Shown here in pieces: positions 55,216-64,000 of a stretch of DNA of 64,000 nucleotides. The translations under genes and the position numbers were made by a program. The notes below the pieces were generated by a model, which was given only the letters and a program-made list of their open reading frames with translations, was not told the origin of the DNA and did not search any database. Numbering within the stretch: position 1 is the first letter of the stretch; the number at the start of each line of letters is the position of its first letter. Origin of the DNA: Octopus vulgaris (taxonomy: Eukaryota); the NCBI GenBank assembly GCA_951406725.2, contig OX597830.1, positions 77,996,001 to 78,060,000 on the forward strand. Direction: 5' to 3'.

Positions 55216-56035
55216 TTGACTCGTTGTTAGATTTGTGTAGCTGGGTCGTGGTATAAGATGAACAACTGTTAACAGCATTATAATTACCATCACCATCATT
55301 ATAATTAATTTCATCACTATCAATGCCACCATCTTCAATATTATCATCTCCACCATCGCCATCGTCGTCATCGTCATCGTCGTCGCCGTCGTCGTAATCA
55401 TTGCCACGTGGTTTCAGGTTCCGTCCAATAGTGCAGCACCTTGGGCAAGTGTCTTACTGCAGCTCCGAGTAGACCAATGTCTTGGGAGAGAATCCCTCCC
55501 CACACCAATGTAACCAGAAAGAAGAAAATAAAAGGAAAAAGAAAAGATTAAAAAATAATAGATGGGGAAAATAAATGGATTAGCACCAGGCAGACTGCTG
55601 CACGTTTCCACATGAAATCCATTAGGGAGATTCCATTAAGCCGACTAAGGGTGAGAGAAGGTTTTCGACTGTCCCCACCCGGCTACTTAAAATTTACGCA
55701 AGGTTATGTATCAAATTTCCGGTGGTTTGTTTCGCTTAGGATATGTGGCTTTTGAATTGGTGGTGATGATGATAACGACGACGTTGATGCTGCGACTGCT
55801 GTGGCTGCTACTGCTGGTGGTGGTCGTGGTTATGACGAAATCAAAACTACAGCGGGTTATGAAGATTTTCGTGAAGTTAATCAACAGCGTTTGTATATAT
55901 TGGTTTCAAATTTTGGCACAAGGCCAGTAAGTTCGCGGATAACTGAATAACATCGAACCCAGTACACAACTGGTAATTATTTTTACCCGCTCGCCACTTT
56001 ACCAGCATTAGTACATATTATAAACATTTTCGGTT

Positions 56036-56355
56036 AGTTGGTTCACTCCCTACCGTGCATAAGCCATAGACAACTTTCCTCCAATATACTCCACTCTGGG
56101 TTGTCTTTTCTGTCTTGCACAAGTCTTGCTGACTTTGAACTGTCATCAATGCTTCTGTACTTTTGTTTTTGCTTTTGTAGGTAGAGGTGTTGGCCTTGCA
56201 CAATTCCATCTTTACTCCCGGAAGTAGTGGTCGAAATTAGTCTGGCCTTTATCCTTTAATGCTAAGCACGGGAGACCCTGCCCGGAGCTTACACTCCGTT
56301 GGCATAGTCTCAGTGTCATTAAAACGGACAAGCCACGACACCACAAGAAGGACTG
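56036..56355 (-). mobile_element. Bipartite RTE-derived non-autonomous element (5' UTR joined to 3' end)
   Basis: The minus strand begins CTTGTGGTGTCGTGGCTTGTCCGTTTTAATGACACTGAGACTATGCC (RTE-5'-like) and ends ..YWRKVVYGLCTVGSE (like the RTE ORF C-terminus). Confidence 0.55.
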
Positions 56356-57044
56356 GACTTCCGCCCCTGTCAATTGTTGCTTAGATGTTTCTCATATGCA
56401 GTCCCTGAAAAGCCTTCCGTATCTGGAAAAATGGATTCAGTTCCCTGTACTCAAGAACTCTAAATATTAATTTTGTCAGAGCTGACTGTTCATATCACGA
56501 ATTTTTGGTTTGTGTAACCAACTAACCGAAAAGAGCTAGAAGAAAGACCGGCAATTTGAAGAGGTTTTTGTCTGGGTAGAAAACAAATTTCCTCTGTACG
56601 CGGCATCCACCATACATTTCTGTTCGCCTTAGTTACCTTACAGAGAAAATGCTAAGAACCGTTCTCAACCGCCAGCGCAACGTAATCACTGCCTTTTTTG
56701 TTAGTCCCTTCCATTCCTTTGACTTGTTTCTCCCTTAACTTTCTGTTCATTGTTGCTACATTTCAGCTCAACCTGACAGATGGAACCCTACATTTCCTTT
56801 TTTTATAAAATATCACCTATTATTAGGGATTACACCCTTATTACAGATTACTGACTTCAAATTGCCGGGTCTTTCTTCTGGCTCTTTATGTTCTGAGTTC
56901 AAATACGACCGAGGTCGACTTTTCTTTTCATCCCTTCGGGGATCGATAAAATAAAGTACAAATCAAGCACTGAGTTCGACGTACTCGACTTGCTCACGTC
57001 CTATAATTGTTGGCCTTGTGCCATATTTACAAAGGATTATAATA

Positions 57045-57400
57045 TTACTTCCGCCTTAGCGAAGTATTGTTTTCAGTCGCGTTTGTTTGGTTGTTTTCCG
57101 TGGACAAGATATCTCAAGAACCGCTAAATGGATTCGGATGAAACTTCCAGAGATGTTTCACCTCGTGACTGACATGAACTGATTAGATTTTGGAATCGAC
57201 CCGGTACCGGACAAGGATTCTGGATTATTTTTCCAATTTTTGTTTTTTACTTACTTAATTTTTGAGAGCGATCGGGTCCATTTTTGGTATTTAGTATTTA
57301 GTGAGAGCAGTCGAGTTTATTTCAGATACTCTCATTTTAAAAATCGTCTCTGGCTAATCGTTGCCTTGGCGGAGGTTTGCCCTCTCTGAGTGCTCTTGTT
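57045..57400 (+). mobile_element. Helentron-associated (DINE-1/HINE-like) non-autonomous element
   Basis: Subterminal IR TTACTTCCGCC / GGCGGAGG, a short (TTTG)n, CAAGATATCTC..GGATGAAACTT, and the 3' hairpin GC.CTCTCTGAGTGC followed by T-rich sequence. Confidence 0.75.
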
Positions 57401-57466
57401 GTTATTGTTTTACTACTGTTGTTGTGAAGTCGTAGCATTCATTCATTTAAAGAAAATATTAACTAT

Positions 57467-57859
57467 CGCAGGAGTGGCTGTGTGGTAAGTAGCTTGCTAA
57501 CCAACCACTTGGTTCCGGGTTCAGTCCCACTGCGTGGCATCTTGGGCAAGTGTCTTCTGCTATAGTCCCGGGCCGACCAATGCCTTGTGAGTGGATTTGG
57601 TAGACGGAAACTGAAAGAAGCCTGTCGTATATATGTATATATATATGTGTGTATGTGTGTGTTTGTGTGTGTTTGTGCCCCTAGCATTGTTTGACAAACG
57701 ATGCTGGTGTGTTTACGTCCCCGTCACTTAGCGGTTCGGCAAAATAGACCGATAGATTAAGTACTGGGCTTACAAAGAATAAGTCCCGGGGTCGATTTGC
57801 TCGACTAAAGGCGGTGCTCCAGCATGGCCGCAGTCAAAAGAGTAAAAGAGTAAAGAGTA
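57467..57859 (+). mobile_element. SINE family A, near full length
   Basis: Consensus match with a small 3' deletion. Confidence 0.9.
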
Positions 57860-58123
57860 TCGTAATGATAAGGATATAATGTCATAACAAATGTTCTCAA
57901 CCAGTTTGTTATGACACTATAGAAGGAAAATGTCTGAAGATCATGATGACAACTTGAATGATAATAGTTGACTGTCACAGGAATTTCGATGATGATGATG
58001 AAGACAGTGGTGATGGTGGTGGTGGTGGCGATGACGCTGGTACTGGTGGTGGTAGTGAAGTTGACAATATGGATGATCGTGAAAATAGCCATGGTGGAAG
58101 CAAAGACAAGGATGGTGATTACG

Positions 58124-58308
58124 ATGATGATGATGATGACGACGACGACGAGGACGATGATGACGATGACGACAACTATGATGCTGCTGCTGCTGCTGCT
58201 GATGATGATGATAATGATGACGACGATGATGATGATGATGAAAATGACGACGATGATGATGATGATAATGATAATGACGACGATGATGATGATAATGATA
58301 ATGACGAC

Positions 58309-58347
<39 letters not shown>

Positions 58348-58731
58348 AATGATAATGTCGACGATGATGATGATGATGATGATGATGATGAGAAAGATAA
58401 TGACGACGATGATGATGATGATGATAATGATAATGACGACGATGATGATGATGATGATGATGATGATAATGATGATGATGATGATGATAATGATAATGAC
58501 GACGACGATGATGATGATGATGATGATGATAATGACGACGACGACGATGATGATGATGACGATGATGATGATAATGATAATGACGACGACGATGATGATG
58601 ATGATAATGATAATGACAACGATGATGATGATAATGATAATGACGACGATGATGATGATGATGATGATAATGATAATGACGACGACGACGATGATGATGA
58701 TGATGATAATGATAATGACGACGACGACGAC

Positions 58732-58769
<38 letters not shown>

Positions 58770-58805
58770 GGATGATGATGATGATGACGATGATGATGAT
58801 GATGA
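58124..58805. repeat. Long (GAT)n tract with higher-order GATAATGATAATGACGAC variants
   Basis: Directly visible. Confidence 0.92.
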
Positions 58806-58912
58806 ATCAATTTAATTAAACCCATGCGTCATCGCATACCGTTCGTTTATGATGTTGTTGCTGATGTCAACATTAATGAAGATGATAATGATTATGATAA
58901 ATATGATTACCG

Positions 58913-58945
<33 letters not shown>

Positions 58946-59064
58946 GGCGGAAGAAGACAAGATGGCAGAGGAGAAGGCGATCATGGAAATGATTATCAAG
59001 ATGATGGGGATAATAATGATTATGATGATTAATGTAACAGTGAAGATGATGTTGATGATATGAC

Positions 59065-59118
<54 letters not shown>

Positions 59119-59392
59119 CGACGATTGATTACAATTAGCTGTAATATTTTGCAAATAAATCACGCATCTTAACTCGATCATGTGACAGCAAACTCTAACG
59201 CCGTCGTATTCATTATCATCATTATCACCAACGTCACCACCACCAACAACTGCGCCACCACCACCAACAGCATCACCACTACCACAGCCACCTTCGTCGT
59301 CGTCATCGTCATCATCAGAACCACCACCGCTACTACTACCGGCACCATCGCCGCCAACACCGTAACCATCATCATCATCATCCTCATCATCA

Positions 59393-59636
59393 TACTCTTC
59401 TACTTGTTTCAGTCATTTGACTGCGGCCATGCTGGAGCACCGCCTTTAGTCGAGCAAATCGACCCCAGGACTTATTCTTTGTAAGCCTAGTACGTATTCT
59501 ATCGGTGTCTTTTGCCGAACCGTTAAGTTACGGGGACGTAAACACACGAGCATCGGTTGTCAAGCGATATTGGGGGGGGGGACAAACACAGACACACAAA
59601 CATATGCACACACACACACACACACACATACACACA

Positions 59637-59690
<54 letters not shown>

Positions 59691-59840
59691 CACGACGGGC
59701 TTCTTTCAGTTTCCGTCAACCAAATCCACTGACAAGGCTTTGGTCGGCCCGAAGCTATAGTAGAAGAGCCTTACCCAAGGTGTCACGCAGTGGGACTGAA
59801 CCCGGAACCATGTATTTGATAAGCAAGCTACTTACCACAC
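59393..59840 (-). mobile_element. SINE family A, 5' end clipped
   Basis: Consensus match. The head ends abruptly against a GC-rich segment. Confidence 0.9.
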
Positions 59841-60225
59841 CGACCCGCGCGACGACGCCGGAAAGCGACGATGCGCAGGCGTGAAACCGGACGCGGGCGA
59901 TGACAGGGCAGGGCGGCATCATTCCACTATCGTGGTGATCGTCATCAACAGTAACAACAACAAAAACAACAACAACAACAAGCTAATATATCATTCACAC
60001 TAAAACGACACTAAATGGTCAATCTACATTTTAAAAATAACAGCCAAATCTGTATGATATTACAATATAATATATAAAAATGTAGGAAAGGCAAATTGTT
60101 TGATATACTCCAGAACATTTTGTTTAGTTTCTCTTTAAAAAAGCCCTGATGGTAATTGCTTCTATATCTTTTAAGGTTTACTTGTTTCAGCTATTAGACT
60201 ACGGCCATGTTGGGGCACCACCTCA

Positions 60226-60890
60226 AGGGTGATTAGATAATTTATTTACGTATCTGGCAACTTCACCCTCCTTTCTAAATGGGTGATATAACTTTGAATT
60301 TAAGTATAAGGTAACATCTAGAAAGTTAACTATCTTGGTGTTATATTCAAGTAATGCCTAAGTTGAAATCTTTGAAAAATCTACTAATTTTCTTTCCTAT
60401 TCTCTCAATTACCGATTTATTATTACTAGGTACGATAAATAAAGCATCATCTTTATATAATCCAAACTTGCAATTCGGGATTTCTCTACTTATGCATTTT
60501 AATAAATACGCTCCTACTAAATTAGTTATCTCCGCCGAATCACTTGAGCCCATGGGTATATCGAAATTATTCGGGGTGTCCACCCTAGTCCACAATTTTC
60601 TTTCAAATTCAATGATAGTTTTCCTAGCTAATAAAATAATATCAATTTCTTCCCTTGTTATGAGAGAGGTTTTTTATAGTGAAAATGAGTGATTTATTAA
60701 GGAGAATAGGGGATATGCTGGAATAGTAGTTGTTAATGTCAAATTGGATGAAAGAAATTCTATTATTATTATTTAAAGATTTAAACCAATAATTGTGACC
60801 ATTTTGCATTGACCCAGTTCTCTTGATATAAAATCTAATTGCCAAATAGGAGTAAACTCTGAATTTTCTTTAGGAATAACTTCTGACATT
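60226..60890 (-). pseudogene. Penelope-like retroelement reverse transcriptase fragment
   Basis: FIQFDINNYYSSIS..LL.KSL, FDIPMGSSDSAEITNLVGAYLL, GLYKDDAL, VNFLDVTL and YVNKLSNHP. Frameshifts and stops are present. Confidence 0.9.
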
Positions 60891-60898
60891 TATTTCAC

Positions 60899-61145
60899 AG
60901 GCGCAGGAGTGGCTGTGTGGTAAGTAGAATGCTAACCAACCACATGGTTCCGGGTTCAGCCCCACTGCGTGGCATCTTGGGCAAGTGTCTTCTGCTATAG
61001 CCCCTGGCCGACCAATGCCTTGTGAGTGGATTTGGTAGACGGAAACTGAAAGAAGCCTGTCGTATATATGTATATATATGTATATATGTATGTGTGTGTA
61101 TATGTTTGTGTGTCTGTCATATATATGAAGTCTGTCATATATATG

Positions 61146-61176
<31 letters not shown>

Positions 61177-61386
61177 TTGTGTGTCTGTGGTTGTCCCCCT
61201 AGCATTGCTTGACAACCGATGCTGGTGTGTTTACGTCCCCATGACTTAGCGGTTCGGCAAAAGAGACCGATAGAATAAGTACTGGGCTTACAAAGAATAA
61301 GTCCCGGGGTCGATTTGTTCGACTAAAGGCGGTGCTCCAGCATGACCGCAGTCAAATGACTGAAACAAGTAAAAGAGTAAAGAGTA
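60899..61386 (+). mobile_element. SINE family A, full length, with an internal partial duplication
   Basis: Consensus match. GAAG.CTGTC.TATATATG is repeated in the central microsatellite. Confidence 0.92.
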
Positions 61387-61711
61387 ATGTTCTTAACATT
61401 CAAATCAACATCTCTGTCTGTATATCTACCCTCTTTATAATGTTATCAATTAACATGAAAATAAGTATATGTATTGATGGGAAACCTCTATAAATTGGCT
61501 GATGATTGCTCAACATTTTAAAACTGTTGTAATGCTTACAATGTTTAATAAAATGATGTAGAGTGAAACGATCGTACCAAATTACCGAAGATATTCTTGT
61601 TGCTTATTTTGATTATAATCACCCCATGAATTTATATGGATAACACCGTTCAAAATTCTGGTGCATCTAATTTAATACCACATTCATTTGAATCTAAATT
61701 TTGCTGAGCGC

Positions 61712-61824
<113 letters not shown>

Positions 61825-61959
61825 GGTAGGTAGGTATGTGTGTATATGTTTGTGTGTCTATGTTTGTCCCCTCAACATTGCTTGACAATCGGTGCTGGTG
61901 TGTTTACGTCTTTGTAACTTGTCCCATAAATTCACAGTCACTAACTTTTTCACATTCTT

Positions 61960-62172
61960 CTCAGTCTCTGATTTTTTACAAAAAGGGACAACAAAACATC
62001 CAGAGAGACGATACAAAAAAAAACAAGGACGGGTCATTCTAAGCCTTTTATCTTCAGTGAAGAACCAGATCATCCTCGCAATTTCGGCTGATTGATCTTG
62101 AGATTGCTCCAATCTGGCCAGCCCCAAGGAAAAAATAAGCTAAGAGCATTAGATTCCTTTGGAAAAAACGTC
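61960..62172 (-). mobile_element. Repeat family h
   Basis: The reverse complement aligns with 20070-20260 (AATCTAATGCT..GGGGCTGGCC..CAGCCGAAATT..CTGAAGAT). Confidence 0.7.
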
Positions 62173-62744
62173 GAATGTACACATATGACAGAAACGCGTT
62201 GTAATTTGTTTGAAACATGGTAGTACTTAAGTAGAATAATGAATGAAAAGAGAGACAAGAAAAGCTTGTTCATTTATTATTCGATTTATATTTGTGTAAG
62301 TGTGAGTGTGTGTGTGTATGTATGTGTGTGTGCGTGTGTGTGTGTGTGTGCTAATTTATTCACAGTATCAGGGGCATTATCGAATATTTAGCGGGCGATA
62401 ATCCTTTCAGTGACATATTTAAATGTCTATCAGTACTACTGTCATTAGTTTCACACACACACACACAACACGCGCACATGCACATATATACATATGCACA
62501 TATATACATATATGTCTGTATATGGTATATACATTTGTATAGTAGTGTGAAATTACAATCTCTTGATCAAATATATACAGAACAATATAATGGAAACCAT
62601 TTTTTAAAAAGTAACTTTATTAAATTTTAAAGCATACCAAAAGCGCAAATATGTACAACATATAAACATCACTTGATAATACAAATGCACATTTGCACAC
62701 ACGCACGTGTGTATATATACATGTACATATCTAAATATATATAA

Positions 62745-62819
<75 letters not shown>

Positions 62820-63003
62820 TGTATATATATATGTGTCAATGTGTGCGTGAGAGAGCTAATATGTAATCAAAATATATTACAATGTGCGTATTGCCTTGAG
62901 TTGAATGTATGTGTGGGTTTATATGCGTGTGTGTGTGTGCGCGTATCTATGTGTGTGTGTATGTATGTTTGTACCTGTTTGTGTATCTTTCTCTCTCTGT
63001 ATA

Positions 63004-63039
<36 letters not shown>

Positions 63040-63090
63040 CATATATGTACATATATATGCATATATACATATATATATGCATATAAATAC

Positions 63091-63125
<35 letters not shown>

Positions 63126-63489
63126 TATATGCAAATACATACATATATATACATATATATATTTATATACACACATACATACATAAGTCTTCCTGTGTGT
63201 AGCACTGTATATGACATGTGCATGAGAATCTGTGTAAAAATCCGTGTCGTGACAAAATCTAAAATATATTCAGTTTTACATATTGATATTTGAATAAATA
63301 CTTAAAATATATTACCGATTTGACCTGGTTAGGTCAGCGTGTATGGGAGAAGTGCATGAGTATGTGTGAAAATTCATATGTATGTGTCAGATAGAAAGAC
63401 AGAAAAACAGAGAGGGAAACTTAAAGCCGACACAATTCAGCGCATTCAAATATGCATATAGGATAGTTTGTTTATAACACACACACATA

Positions 63490-63584
<95 letters not shown>

Positions 63585-63614
63585 TCTATCTATCTATATC
63601 ATACAAATACAAAT

Positions 63615-63660
<46 letters not shown>

Positions 63661-63917
63661 TGCATAAATACATATATAGGTATATTTATGTGCGTGTGTG
63701 TATTTAAGCATATATATATATATATATATATGAATAGCTTCTTTTGTATGTATATGTCTTATATATATTTACATGTATCGATATGCATACATATATACGT
63801 ATATGTATAAGATGTATATGTAGATGAATACCTATCGATATATGTGTGCGTGTATGTATATATGTATATATGTTGTATGTATGTATATATATATATATAT
63901 ACGTATGTATGTATATA

Positions 63918-63962
<45 letters not shown>

Positions 63963-64000
63963 TGTATGTATGTATGTATGTATGTATGTATGTATGTATG

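Noticed and set aside
57941-58825. Poly-Asp, poly-His and poly-Met ORFs of 280-294 aa (acidic biomineral-like protein)
   Set aside because: A (GAT)n tract is open in several frames on both strands and has no non-repetitive coding context.

Overview
This is AT-rich, microsatellite-saturated eukaryotic non-coding DNA. The SINE families and the (TA)n/(CA)n/(TACA)n density suggest an octopus or other coleoid cephalopod, which is an inference. I found no confident host protein-coding gene; almost all long ORFs in the track are microsatellite artefacts. The window is a dense mosaic of transposable elements: (1) more than 20 copies or fragments of a tRNA-derived SINE with an internal microsatellite (family A), a second tRNA SINE (family B, often dimeric with TSDs) and further SINEs; (2) four 3' ends of Dong/R4-type RLE retrotransposons, mostly next to TAA repeats; (3) RTE and CR1-like LINE ends and a Penelope-like RT fragment; (4) decayed mariner and Chapaev3 transposases; (5) non-autonomous Helitron and Helentron elements and several MITEs. 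The main unexplained signal is about a dozen or more short (100-250 bp) modules, mostly embedded in (TA)n tracts, carrying minimal type I hammerhead-ribozyme motifs. One is apparently intact, and others have family-wide non-canonical cores or long stem II inserts. These modules often sit next to local inverted duplications, which suggests a diverse ribozyme-bearing, TA-targeting, Penelope-mobilised retroelement system. All structures were folded by eye; nothing was searched or computed.
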